Source: Spirochaetia bacterium (GTDB lineage: Bacteria; Spirochaetota; Spirochaetia; CADAEX01). From it: DNA of 64,000 nt. Both the position numbers and the translations under genes were made by a program. Under the pieces are notes generated by a model. The model made no database searches. It was not told where the DNA came from and saw nothing but the letters and a program-made list of their open reading frames with translations. The stretch covers positions 128,001 to 192,000 of the forward strand of contig JAZURI010000003.1 of assembly GCA_045606105.1 (NCBI GenBank), given 5' to 3'. Each line of letters begins with the position of its first letter. The first letter of the stretch is position 1. This document shows, piece by piece, positions 40,522 to 50,266 of this stretch.

Positions 40522-41130
40522 TCAGACCCCGCTTATTTCGAAAAGGGCTTCCTGAGTGTTGGAACCCTTGAAGTTTATATTTTCCAGCTGTGAGAACACG
40601 AAGCTTGCCTTCTTGATGTTGCAGTTGCCGAAGTTTATGTTTTTCAGGTCTGCATTCAGGAATGCTGAAAAATAGAAGTCGCTGTCACTGAAATCACAGT
40701 TGTAGATCTTGCATCCGTTGAAGTTTGAATGGAATATATCCGATTCGTTGATGTTTCCGTAGATAAAAGAGGAAACTGCAAAGGAGGTGGATTTTACCCT
40801 GCTGCGGAAGAAACGGCATCTCTTGAAACTGGAAAAATCGAAAAAGCACTGCTTGATGCTCATTTCGGAAAAATCACAGTTTATGAAGGTACATTCCTTG
40901 AAGAAGGATGATGAAAGATGCTTGTTTCTGAAGGAAATATTCTCAAAGGTCATGAACTGGAAATTCAGATCCTCGATTTTTTGGTTTTTTTCTATGAATT
41001 TCAGGGTTGCCTTCATTGTCTCCTGCTGATTTTCGCAATGTCTGAGACAGTAACGGCCCCCGTTGAAGATAAAATTGTGACACCCTTTGATTTCACATCG
41101 CTTAAAGGAAAACATGGAGAAATTATACAT
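40522..41130 (-). CDS. Pentapeptide repeat protein with N-terminal Cys/His motif
   Basis: Periodic F/L-x4 repeats (CDFSDSDFYFSAFLNADLKN); N-terminal CxxxxC...CxxH. Confidence 0.8.
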   Translation of the reverse strand: MYNFSMFSFKRCEIKGCHNFIFNGGRYCLRHCENQQETMKATLKFIEKNQKIEDLNFQFMTFENISFRNKHLSSSFFKECTFINCDFSEMSIKQCFFDFSSFKRCRFFRSRVKSTSFAVSSFIYGNINESDIFHSNFNGCKIYNCDFSDSDFYFSAFLNADLKNINFGNCNIKKASFVFSQLENINFKGSNTQEALFEISGV

Positions 41131-41190
41131 TAAAATTCATTATTTTGGTAGTGGTTGAAGATAAGAGAAAAAAAAAGTATCATATCAGGT

Positions 41191-42069
41191 ATGAAAATAC
41201 TTGAAAACGAACCTATGTCATTGCATACCACATTCAAGGTCGGAGGTAATGCCCGCCTCTTCATGATGCCGGAAAACAGGGATGAGCTTGTTGCGGCCCT
41301 GGACACAGCCCGGGAGAAGGGGATGAAGCATTTCATACTCGGCGGGGGAGCCAATGTCCTTTTTCCCGACGAGGGATACGACGGTATTGTCATTTCCACC
41401 GAGGCCATGAAAAGGATATGGACAGGAGATGACGGACTTCTGCATGCAGAATGCGGTGCGGCTGTCAGTGATGCTGCATTTTTCTCATGCCGTGAGGGTT
41501 ATTCCGGACTCCATGTGTTCTATTCCATGCCGGGCTCCGTAGGTGGTGCCGTTTTCATGAATGCCAGATGCTACAATGTCTCGGTTTCCGATATTCTCCG
41601 CAGTGTGGTTTATCTCAGCCGTGAAGGGGAAATCAGGACAGCAGAGAAAAAAAATGAAGAATTTGGTTATAAAATCAGCCCATTTCAGAAAAACGGTGGT
41701 ATAATACTTGAGGCTGTTTTCGGACTGCAGAGTGTTTCCGGTGAAAAGGAGCGGGAAGAGCTTGAAAAGGAAATGAACAGCTACAAGGAGGACAGGACCT
41801 CCAAGGGGCATTTTCTCTATCCGTGTGCCGGATCTGTTTTCAAAAACAACAGAAATTTCGGTGAACCGACAGGAAAATTGATAGACAGCCTGAATCTGAG
41901 GGGTTATACTGTAGGAGGTGCCGGAATTTCCGAGCATCATGCCAATATTATCGTAAACAGGGGCAATGCCACAGCTTCGGATATCAAGACTTTGGTTGCC
42001 TATGTTGAAGAAAGGGTGAAGGGAGCCCTTGGTTTTACTCTTGAAAGGGAAATAATCTACGTTGAGTAA
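41191..42069 (+). CDS. murB: UDP-N-acetylmuramate dehydrogenase
   Basis: HTTFKVGG, GGGANVL, PGSVGGAVFMNA, GSVFKN, HANIIVN. Confidence 0.95.
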   Translation: MKILENEPMSLHTTFKVGGNARLFMMPENRDELVAALDTAREKGMKHFILGGGANVLFPDEGYDGIVISTEAMKRIWTGDDGLLHAECGAAVSDAAFFSCREGYSGLHVFYSMPGSVGGAVFMNARCYNVSVSDILRSVVYLSREGEIRTAEKKNEEFGYKISPFQKNGGIILEAVFGLQSVSGEKEREELEKEMNSYKEDRTSKGHFLYPCAGSVFKNNRNFGEPTGKLIDSLNLRGYTVGGAGISEHHANIIVNRGNATASDIKTLVAYVEERVKGALGFTLEREIIYVE

Positions 42070-42083
42070 GGGGATAATCAACG

Positions 42084-43436
42084 ATGACAACTCTGGAATC
42101 AATAAGAGAATATCTGGAAATCTTCAATCAGACAGATCTGCGCAATAACCTGAGCCAGATTACTACCCAGGACCTTATCGAGAACTGGGAGATGCTGAGC
42201 GAGGAAGAGGGAAGGATAATTTTCCGCAATCTTCCGCTGGATATGAAGATAGATCTCATGAATTCCCTTTCCGCCATAGATCAGGAAGCAATAATAAAGG
42301 ATCTCACCGACGGCGGCTTTACCGGAATCAAGCAGCTTCTCAAGGAGATGGAGCCGGACGACCTTGCCGACATCATCCAGTGCGCCGCCCCCGACGTACG
42401 CAAGTCTGTATGGGAAAACCTCGGCGATGACGTGAAGAGAGAGATGATCTTTCTCCTGAAGTTTGACGAGGATGATGCAGCGGGACTCATGACCACCCGT
42501 TACATTGCCATCAGATCCAATATCACCGTAAATCAGGCCATAAGATTCATCAGAAGCCACAAGACAAAGGATGTTGAAACTCCTTACATCATATATGTCG
42601 TAGACCAGTTCAAGCGGCTCATCGGGGTTCTTTCCCTGAGGGAGCTTCTGGAATCGGAAGATGACGATACCATCAAGGATATAATGACCACCGATGTAAT
42701 TTCGGTAAACGAGAAGACCGACCAGGAGGAGACAGCAAAGATTCTCACCACCTACGGCTTTCTTGCCCTTCCTGTCGTGGATGATGACAACGAGCTTTTG
42801 GGTATCGTAACCTTTGACGATATCATCGACGTTATCGAGGAGGAGCAGACCGAGGATATCTACAAGATGGGTGCCATCAGCGGTAAGGTAGTTCCGTATC
42901 TCGATACCTCAATATGGGGTATGGTAAAGAAAAGGGTGCCGTGGCTGGTTATCCTTCTTTTCCTGGGTACTGTAACCACCAACGTCCTTTCTCATTATGA
43001 ATCCATAGTAATGGGTGCAGCATTCCTCTTTATCTTCATGCCTGTAATCACACAGACCGGAGGTAATGTCAGCAACCAGTCCTCCGCCCTCATGATCCGC
43101 GGTCTTGCCACCGGCGAGATTTCCACCGGCGATACCTTCAGGATCCTTCTCAGGGAAATGGCCATAGGACTCATTATGGGTATAATCACGGGAATAGCAA
43201 TCTTTCTCAGGGGTATCATTTTTCCTCCGGAAATAACCTTGTACCAGGCCTGTGCCATCTCTATGTCCCTCTGCTTCGTTGTTATATTCTCAGGGATAGT
43301 AGGTGCCCTGGCTCCCCTCTTTATCCACAAGCTGGGAATGGACCCTACAGTCATGTCGGGACCTCTTCTTTCCACCGTTATCGACGTATGCGGACTCTCG
43401 ATTTACTTTGAGCTGGCTAAATTTTTCCTCAGGTAA
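42084..43436 (+). CDS. mgtE: Magnesium transporter MgtE
   Basis: AAGLMTT, CBS pair, RVPWL, TGGNV, MDPTVMSGP. Confidence 0.94.
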   Translation: MTTLESIREYLEIFNQTDLRNNLSQITTQDLIENWEMLSEEEGRIIFRNLPLDMKIDLMNSLSAIDQEAIIKDLTDGGFTGIKQLLKEMEPDDLADIIQCAAPDVRKSVWENLGDDVKREMIFLLKFDEDDAAGLMTTRYIAIRSNITVNQAIRFIRSHKTKDVETPYIIYVVDQFKRLIGVLSLRELLESEDDDTIKDIMTTDVISVNEKTDQEETAKILTTYGFLALPVVDDDNELLGIVTFDDIIDVIEEEQTEDIYKMGAISGKVVPYLDTSIWGMVKKRVPWLVILLFLGTVTTNVLSHYESIVMGAAFLFIFMPVITQTGGNVSNQSSALMIRGLATGEISTGDTFRILLREMAIGLIMGIITGIAIFLRGIIFPPEITLYQACAISMSLCFVVIFSGIVGALAPLFIHKLGMDPTVMSGPLLSTVIDVCGLSIYFELAKFFLR

Positions 43437-43529
43437 AATAATTTACAAAACAATCCTTAAAAGGCTTTTAAATTTTTTTTCTTTATTGTATAACAATCTA
43501 ACATATTTATTTGTTTGAGGAGAAAAAAC

Positions 43530-44645
43530 ATGTTAAAGGTAGGTTTTGTCGGTTATCGCGGCATGGTCGGGTCCGTTCTCATGCAGAGAATGGTAGAAGA
43601 AGGTGATTTCGGTGGTTTTGAGAAGGTTTTCTTTTCTACATCACAGGCTGGAAAAAATGACAGATATGCAGGCGGTGAAACGGGAATTCTTGCAGATGCA
43701 TTTGATATCAGTAAACTCAAACAGATGGATATCATAGTTACGTGTCAGGGAGGAAGCTATACAGAGAAGGTTTATCCTGAACTTATGGCAACCGGATGGA
43801 AGGGATACTGGATTGATGCGGCATCCACTCTCAGAATGGAAAAGGACAGCATTATCGTTCTTGATCCTGTAAACCGTCACGTTATCGACAAGGGACTCTC
43901 AGAGGGAATCAGATGCTTTGTAGGCGGTAACTGTACAGTCAGCCTCATGCTCATGGGAATCGGAGCCCTTTTCGCAAACAATCTCGTTGAATGGCTTACA
44001 AGCATGACATATCAGGCTTCATCCGGAGCAGGAGCAAAGAACATGAAGGAGCTCCTTGCACAGATGAACTATCTGGGACATTCCGCAGGAGAAGCAGTCT
44101 ACGATCCTGCATCTGCAATCCTTGATGTGGACAGGACAGTTACAGCAGCCATGAGATCCGAAGGGATGCCTGTGGACAATTTCAAGGTTCCTCTGGCCGG
44201 TAGCGTTATTCCATGGATTGACAAGAAGCTTGAAAACGGACAGTCAAAGGAAGAGTGGAAGGGAGTTTCCGAAACAAACAAGATTCTCCAGACCTCAAAG
44301 ATTATCCCTATCGACGGTCTTTGTGTAAGAATCGGTGCCATGAGATGTCACAGCCAGGCTATTACAGTAAAGCTCAACAAGGATGTTCCGCTGGATGAAA
44401 TCTATGGAATGATCCAGAGCTCCAACGACTGGGTAAAGGTTATTCCTAACGAGGTTGAGGATACAATCAAGTACCTTACACCGGCAGCAGTTTCAGGTAC
44501 ACTTACAGTCCCTGTAGGAAGAATGAGAAAGATGAACCTTGGACCTGAATATCTCACACTGTTTACAGTAGGTGACCAGCTCCTCTGGGGTGCTGCAGAG
44601 CCTATCCGCAGAATGCTTAAGATTGCCCTGGAATATCTGGGCTGA
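43530..44645 (+). CDS. asd: Aspartate-semialdehyde dehydrogenase (gammaproteobacterial-type)
   Basis: [40 protein letters not shown]; SD GAGGAG. Confidence 0.96.
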   Translation: MLKVGFVGYRGMVGSVLMQRMVEEGDFGGFEKVFFSTSQAGKNDRYAGGETGILADAFDISKLKQMDIIVTCQGGSYTEKVYPELMATGWKGYWIDAASTLRMEKDSIIVLDPVNRHVIDKGLSEGIRCFVGGNCTVSLMLMGIGALFANNLVEWLTSMTYQASSGAGAKNMKELLAQMNYLGHSAGEAVYDPASAILDVDRTVTAAMRSEGMPVDNFKVPLAGSVIPWIDKKLENGQSKEEWKGVSETNKILQTSKIIPIDGLCVRIGAMRCHSQAITVKLNKDVPLDEIYGMIQSSNDWVKVIPNEVEDTIKYLTPAAVSGTLTVPVGRMRKMNLGPEYLTLFTVGDQLLWGAAEPIRRMLKIALEYLG

Positions 44646-44649
44646 TATT

Positions 44650-44952
44650 TTATTCAACGGCTTCGATCAGGAAACTTACCGGTCTGAAGCCGTCATTACA
44701 TGAAATCATGGCTGAATGGGGATTCTTCATCCAGCCGTCATAAAAATTTCCCCCGCCGTTACACAGTTCCTTTACAAAGCTTTCCATGGTTTCCCATGCA
44801 CTCTGACACAGTCCTTCAGGTTTTTCACCGTTGACGGAAACAAAAACCGAGCCTGTTTCCATATCGCAGGGAGTTTCCAGAAAATTTTCATACTTTTCAG
44901 ACAGATCGGGATACGATGCCTTTCTCATTACAGTAATTCTGCAGTTTTTCAT
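44650..44952 (-). CDS. TIGR04076 family protein
   Basis: KPEGLCQSAW, ISCNDGFRPVSF. Confidence 0.85.
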   Translation of the reverse strand: MKNCRITVMRKASYPDLSEKYENFLETPCDMETGSVFVSVNGEKPEGLCQSAWETMESFVKELCNGGGNFYDGWMKNPHSAMISCNDGFRPVSFLIEAVE

Positions 44953-44999
44953 TGCATTATATTTTACAAGATGATTATAATATTTTTAAGAGGTAATTT

Positions 45000-45512
45000 A
45001 TGAATATTTTGATTTTGAACGGAAGTCCCAGAACTTCCGGAAATACGGCAGCCCTTGTAAAAGGCTTTGAGGAAGGGGCTCTTTCAAAGGGGCATCAGGT
45101 TAATGTAATAAATGTGGGAAAACTCAGGCTCAACGGATGTGTGGCCTGTGAATACTGCCATGAAAAAGGAAACGGGAAATGTGTTTTTGAGGATGACATG
45201 AAGCCTGTATACGATGCCCTCGATACAGCGGACGTGGTTGTGTTTGCCAGTCCTGTATATTACTGGGGATTCAGCGGCCAGCTTCAGTCTGCCATTACCA
45301 GATTCTACGCTCCGAATGTTCCTAAGGCCCGTAAATATGCACTGCTGCTCAGTTCCCAGTCTCCGGGAGTATACGACGGAATCATTTCCCAGTATCGGTC
45401 CATGCTGGGCTATTTCGGAGCCGAAAGTGCGGGTATAGTTACTGCAGCCGGAGATGAGAACAAATCTCCTGCCAAAATAAAAGAGGCCTGCACGCTGGGC
45501 GCAAGCCTCTGA
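45000..45512 (+). CDS. Flavodoxin family / iron-sulfur flavoprotein
   Basis: GSPRTSGNT, CVACEYC...C..EDDM, ASPVYY. Confidence 0.88.
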   Translation: MNILILNGSPRTSGNTAALVKGFEEGALSKGHQVNVINVGKLRLNGCVACEYCHEKGNGKCVFEDDMKPVYDALDTADVVVFASPVYYWGFSGQLQSAITRFYAPNVPKARKYALLLSSQSPGVYDGIISQYRSMLGYFGAESAGIVTAAGDENKSPAKIKEACTLGASL

Positions 45513-45529
45513 AACTGATCTGATCTGTA

Positions 45530-46978
45530 TCAGATTTCCGGGTGGCGGTCAAAGAAATCCTTTGTGCATTTTGCAACAACTCCGCTCAGAACTATAAGCG
45601 AAACACAGTTTGGAATAGCCATGAGGCCGTTGAAAATATCCGCAATTGTGAAAACTGCATTTACGGTGAAGAAAGGTCCGATTGCAACAGCCAGGATAAA
45701 GAGCCATCTGAAAACCAGAACCGGTCCCATTTTTCCTTTTGTCAGGTATTCAAGACATTTTTCGCAGTAATAATCCCATCCGAGAATGGTTGTGAAAGCA
45801 AAGAACATGAGACACAGCATAAGGAAGAACTGAAGACTCTGACCGTCTCCTCCGAGGTTTCTTGCAAAAGCGGCTGAAGTAAGAGCTACTCCCATGAGCC
45901 CTTTGCCGCCGAGAGCTTCGGATGTCCAGAGATCTGCTCCGCCGATAACGATTGCAAGACCTGTCATTGTACAGATGATAAGTGTATCGATAACTGTTCC
46001 GGTCATGTTTACAAGACCCTGTTCAACAGGTTCGTCTGTCTGTACTGCTGATGCAGCTATAGGTGCGGAACCGAGACCTGCTTCATTGGAGAAGATACCG
46101 CGGGCAATACCTTTCTGCATGGAGTCTGTGATCTGCTTGAGAACAAATCCGCAGGCACCGCCGGCAACTGCTGTAAATCCGAATGCATTCTGGATAATAA
46201 GTACAAAAGCGTCCGGAATCTTTGTAAGGTTCATTACAATAACGCTGAGACCGATGAAAACGTAGAGGGCAGCCATGAAAGGAACAACTACGGATGCAAC
46301 TTTTGCAATACGCTTGATTCCTCCGATGATTACGAATGCCACGCAGAGTGTGACAAAGATACTTCCGATAACTGTAGCCCAGGAGTAAGAGTTTCCGGAG
46401 AATGTGAATGCAATATTCTGGTTGTTAGGGTCAAAAACATTGTTGATGGCGGAAGTGATACCGTTGATCTGTGACATTGTTCCGATACCCATAAGTCCGG
46501 CCAGTGCTCCGAAAACGGCAAATGTTACAGCAAGCCATTTCCATTTCTGTCCCATACCTTTCTCGATTGTGTAGAACGGACCTCCGAGGATATGACCGTC
46601 GGCAGGATTGATTTCCCTGTATTTGATTGCAAGCATACATTCTGCATATTTTGTCGCAGTACCCAGGATTGCGGCAATCCACATCCAGAAGAGGGCACCG
46701 GGACCGCCGGCTGCAATTGCTGTTGCTACACCTACGATGTTTCCTGTACCGATAGTTGCCGAAAGAGCTGTACAAAGTGCGGCAAACCCTGAAAGTTCAC
46801 CCTGGCTCTTATTGTCCTGTTTCTTGAAAATAGATTTGAAAGCATAGCTAAGCTTTGTAAACTGAATTCCCCTGCATCTTACAGTGAGAATGATACCTGT
46901 TGCCAGAATAAGGATAATTGTAGGGAGACCCCATACAACATCATCTACAGCAACCAGAAAAGATTCAAATTCTTTCAC
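45530..46978 (-). CDS. Alanine/glycine:cation symporter (AGCS)
   Basis: ATIGTGNIVGVA, GGPGALFWMW, RGIFSNEAGLGS, DIFNGLMAIPN. GTG start. Confidence 0.93.
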   Translation of the reverse strand: MKEFESFLVAVDDVVWGLPTIILILATGIILTVRCRGIQFTKLSYAFKSIFKKQDNKSQGELSGFAALCTALSATIGTGNIVGVATAIAAGGPGALFWMWIAAILGTATKYAECMLAIKYREINPADGHILGGPFYTIEKGMGQKWKWLAVTFAVFGALAGLMGIGTMSQINGITSAINNVFDPNNQNIAFTFSGNSYSWATVIGSIFVTLCVAFVIIGGIKRIAKVASVVVPFMAALYVFIGLSVIVMNLTKIPDAFVLIIQNAFGFTAVAGGACGFVLKQITDSMQKGIARGIFSNEAGLGSAPIAASAVQTDEPVEQGLVNMTGTVIDTLIICTMTGLAIVIGGADLWTSEALGGKGLMGVALTSAAFARNLGGDGQSLQFFLMLCLMFFAFTTILGWDYYCEKCLEYLTKGKMGPVLVFRWLFILAVAIGPFFTVNAVFTIADIFNGLMAIPNCVSLIVLSGVVAKCTKDFFDRHPEI

Positions 46979-46992
46979 CTTGTTTCTCCGGT

Positions 46993-47598
46993 TTAATATT
47001 TTTCAAGCTGATTCAGAAGCGAATCAAGCTTTTTGCCATAATTTCTGTCCACAGACCATGTTCCTGTCAGTTTCCATACGGTAGGAGCCTTGCCTCTGGG
47101 CTGTACATAGCTGTAACGCTTGTCGACCAGCCTGTTCTTTAATTTTTTCCCGGCAGGTGTTGCATATGCATGCAGATGCTGGATGTGAGCCCGTACCCCT
47201 ATGACTTCAGACGGAAACCTGTCCCCCGGATTTTTCCTGCCGGTGGAACCGAGTCCGCAGTAATTGTGCATCCACGGCTTTACCAGACCGCCGAAGCGGA
47301 GAAAGCCTGTTTCCAGACACATCTGCACAAAAGCTATGTCTGAATTTATCCCTTCCAGGCGTGCTTCGGAAACATAGTAACCTGCAAGACGCCTTACTTT
47401 CTTATTATCGGCTTTTGGATTGTTGGCCATAAAGAATTTTTCCAGTTCATATGAATCTTTTACCCCGAGAGCATAGATATTTCTTGAACATTTCTTCGAG
47501 GATGAAAGATAATTTCTGTCTTCCGGTGTATAAAAAAAAGTAGAGCATGATGAGAACAGCAGAAGAATCAGAATGAACGGAATAAATTTTTTCATCAA
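46993..47598 (-). CDS. Glucosaminidase (GH73-like) domain lipoprotein
   Basis: Lipobox FSSC; EGINSDIAFVQMCLETG, HNYCGLG, LTGTW...YG. Confidence 0.8.
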   Translation of the reverse strand: MMKKFIPFILILLLFSSCSTFFYTPEDRNYLSSSKKCSRNIYALGVKDSYELEKFFMANNPKADNKKVRRLAGYYVSEARLEGINSDIAFVQMCLETGFLRFGGLVKPWMHNYCGLGSTGRKNPGDRFPSEVIGVRAHIQHLHAYATPAGKKLKNRLVDKRYSYVQPRGKAPTVWKLTGTWSVDRNYGKKLDSLLNQLEKY

Positions 47599-48818
47599 AG
47601 CTGTCCGTTCCTCAGAAAATCCAGGGCATTTATGCTCTTTATTCCCGATTCTTCAAGTCCCTCCGGCTTGTCCAGGGAAATGAGAATCCTTGGATAGTAA
47701 TCCCTTATAAGCTTGAAGGATTTGATTTTCTTTGCAAGAACCTTGCTGTCCTTGGTGAAGCACTCTACCTGGATATAGCGGGTTTCACCGTTCTTTACTG
47801 CCATGAAGTCGATTTCATGGGTTCCGATCTTTCCGGCATATATTTCATAATCCTGCTTTGCCAGCTCAAGGAAAACCATATTCCTTAGGATTGAGTTCAT
47901 GTCCGGCTTTGTGGCTGTAAGCACCCGTCCTATACCCATATCCGCGGTATAGTACTTGGAAAGACTTTTAAGATGTTCCTTGTTTCTGATATCGTAGCGG
48001 TCCACCCTGTAGAACAGAAAGCATTCCTCCAGATAGTGCAGGTAGTGCTCGGCTGTAGGCTGTGTGGTTTTTATTCCCACCATGGTAAGTATATCGCTGA
48101 GCTTCTTTGAAGAAACCGAAGTTCCGGTATTCCTTAGAAGAAACCTTATTGCGGAATCCAGGACATTTATCTCCTTTATCGGATGTCTTGCCGCAATATC
48201 CTTCACTATCACGGTGTTGTAAAGCCCGGTAAGGTAGTGGGCTATGTTCCTGTCGTTTCTGGCCAGCTGTACCGTAAAAGGGAAGTTGCCGAACTTGGCA
48301 TAATCCAGGAAGCTGTGATCTATTGAGAGCTCGGCTGTGGAGCCCCTGTGGAGAAGCTGCTTCTTTGCCTCCAGGTATTCCCCGAAGGAGAAAGGCATCA
48401 TTTTCATGATATAAGGCTTTTCCTTTATTGCTGCCATCAGCTTTCCCGAAAGAATGGATCTGTTGGAGCCCGAAATGTAGATGTCGGTATTTTCCATGTT
48501 GAAAAGATTGTAGATGACCTTGTGGAAATCGGGACACTGCTGAGCCTCATCGATAATGATATAGTTCATTCCCTCTTTTTTGAGTTTTGATACTATATGC
48601 TGAAAGAGTGACCTGCAGTTACGGAGATTGGAATATTCCGGCTCCTCCAGCTGTATGAACTGTGTGAAGCTTTCCTCTGTCCCCTTGCTGATAAGTATTT
48701 TCCTGAACTGTTCAAGAAAAACTGATTTTCCGCATCCCCTGACACCGGTGATTATCTTGACTTCTTTCTTATCCTTATGAGCAATAAGCTGCTTAAGGTA
48801 ATCCATTCTAACAATCAT
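47595..48818 (-). CDS. ATP-binding protein (AAA_14 + DUF4143 type)
   Basis: ITGVRGCGKS Walker A, IIDEAQ, SGSN, C-terminal EIDF..YIQV. Confidence 0.85.
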   Translation of the reverse strand: MIVRMDYLKQLIAHKDKKEVKIITGVRGCGKSVFLEQFRKILISKGTEESFTQFIQLEEPEYSNLRNCRSLFQHIVSKLKKEGMNYIIIDEAQQCPDFHKVIYNLFNMENTDIYISGSNRSILSGKLMAAIKEKPYIMKMMPFSFGEYLEAKKQLLHRGSTAELSIDHSFLDYAKFGNFPFTVQLARNDRNIAHYLTGLYNTVIVKDIAARHPIKEINVLDSAIRFLLRNTGTSVSSKKLSDILTMVGIKTTQPTAEHYLHYLEECFLFYRVDRYDIRNKEHLKSLSKYYTADMGIGRVLTATKPDMNSILRNMVFLELAKQDYEIYAGKIGTHEIDFMAVKNGETRYIQVECFTKDSKVLAKKIKSFKLIRDYYPRILISLDKPEGLEESGIKSINALDFLRNGQL

Positions 48819-48922
48819 AATAATTATTATATTTTAAGAACCCTGAAAAATCAATGTATTTTTAAACCGAGCTTTGAGAAAATATTATTGAAACAGTAGC
48901 CCCGGAGTTGTATTATTCCGGT

Positions 48923-50251
48923 ATGAGAAACGAAGCAAAAGGAATCGGACTTTTTTCCTGTGTAATGATCATTGCAGGAGGGATGGTGGGAAGCGCCATT
49001 TTTTCCCTTTCCGGCCTTACGATATACATGGCCGGGCCGGCTGCCCTGATTTCCTGGGTTATAGGGGGTCTTCTCATGCTTTTCTACGGTCTGGTATGTA
49101 CCGAGCTTGCCCTTTATTATCCGAAATCGGGCGGTGTATTCGTGTTTCCCGCCATGGCTCTGGGAAAGGATGGCAGGAGAGGAATATTCTGGGGATGGGT
49201 CTCTACCTGGGGATACATTTATTCAAACATTGTTGCAGTTTCCTTTTCAGCCATGTATGTAGGTATTTATCTGAGCGCCGGCTTTGATATCGGCCGTGAT
49301 ATCCAGATTCCCGCCGCCCTGGCTGCCGTTCTCATCTGTACCCTTGTAAATATATTCAGGTTTTCCCTTACCTCAAGGATAGATGCCGTCATGGTTATTT
49401 TTCTGGTTCTGGCCCTTTCCGTATATGTCATTTCCTGCTTTGCGGGGGGCGGCTGGGATCCGGACAGCCTTAAGCCTTTCTTCTCTCAGGGTGCCCTCGG
49501 AAAAAGCGGCTTCCTGGCGGCAACACCTACAGCCATGATAGGCTACAGTGCGGTGGTGGCCATGGCATTCATGGTTTCCGAGGTACTTAATCCCGAAAGA
49601 AATATTGTCAGGGGCGTCTTCATTGCCATGGCTCTGGTAATGGTTCTATACCTGTCTGTTATTGCCGCCACCGTGGGGCTGGTTTCCGCCTCCTACCTGG
49701 AAGAGAATCCCGGCATGAGGTTCATCCCTCTCTATGCAGCCTGCTTTACCCGTCTCTCTGCCTATCCCTGGATGGCCAGGATAATTTCCCTTGCTGCCGT
49801 GCTGGCGCTGCTGACCACCACCATTGCTGTTATGGCCCTTAACGGAAGGACAATCAGGGCAGCTGCTGAAAAGGGTCTTTTTCCCGGGGTTTTCGCAGGG
49901 GAAAGCAGCAGCGGTTCACCGGTGCTTCCTATATGCCTTTCATCGGCTCTTTCTGCCGTCATTGCCTGTTTTCCGGGGCTTGTAAGCTATATTGTCAGCT
50001 TCGGTGTACTTCTTACCACAGTTACCGTATTCATAAACATCATATCCCTGATTGCTGCCAGAAAAATGGAGAAGGGACAGGGGAGGCATTGCTTTCTTCC
50101 CGGCGGGAACTGGGTTCCTATTGCCCTTATCCTGGTTCTCATGGGGTGCTATGTTCCCGAAATTATTTCAGGCGGATGGAAGGTCTGGGTTTTTACTGCT
50201 GTATGGTATGCGGTGGGAATTGTCATATATCTTGCAAAGAAAAGAAATTAA
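48923..50251 (+). CDS. APC family amino acid permease
   Basis: GGMVGSAIF, EL..YPKSGG, SEVLNPERNI; many TM segments. Confidence 0.88.
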   Translation: MRNEAKGIGLFSCVMIIAGGMVGSAIFSLSGLTIYMAGPAALISWVIGGLLMLFYGLVCTELALYYPKSGGVFVFPAMALGKDGRRGIFWGWVSTWGYIYSNIVAVSFSAMYVGIYLSAGFDIGRDIQIPAALAAVLICTLVNIFRFSLTSRIDAVMVIFLVLALSVYVISCFAGGGWDPDSLKPFFSQGALGKSGFLAATPTAMIGYSAVVAMAFMVSEVLNPERNIVRGVFIAMALVMVLYLSVIAATVGLVSASYLEENPGMRFIPLYAACFTRLSAYPWMARIISLAAVLALLTTTIAVMALNGRTIRAAAEKGLFPGVFAGESSSGSPVLPICLSSALSAVIACFPGLVSYIVSFGVLLTTVTVFINIISLIAARKMEKGQGRHCFLPGGNWVPIALILVLMGCYVPEIISGGWKVWVFTAVWYAVGIVIYLAKKRN

Positions 50252-50266
50252 TTGTACCATAAGGAC

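Noticed and set aside
47595-48818. AAA_14/DUF4143 ATPase as a defence system
   Set aside because: A common stand-alone family with no partner defence genes nearby.
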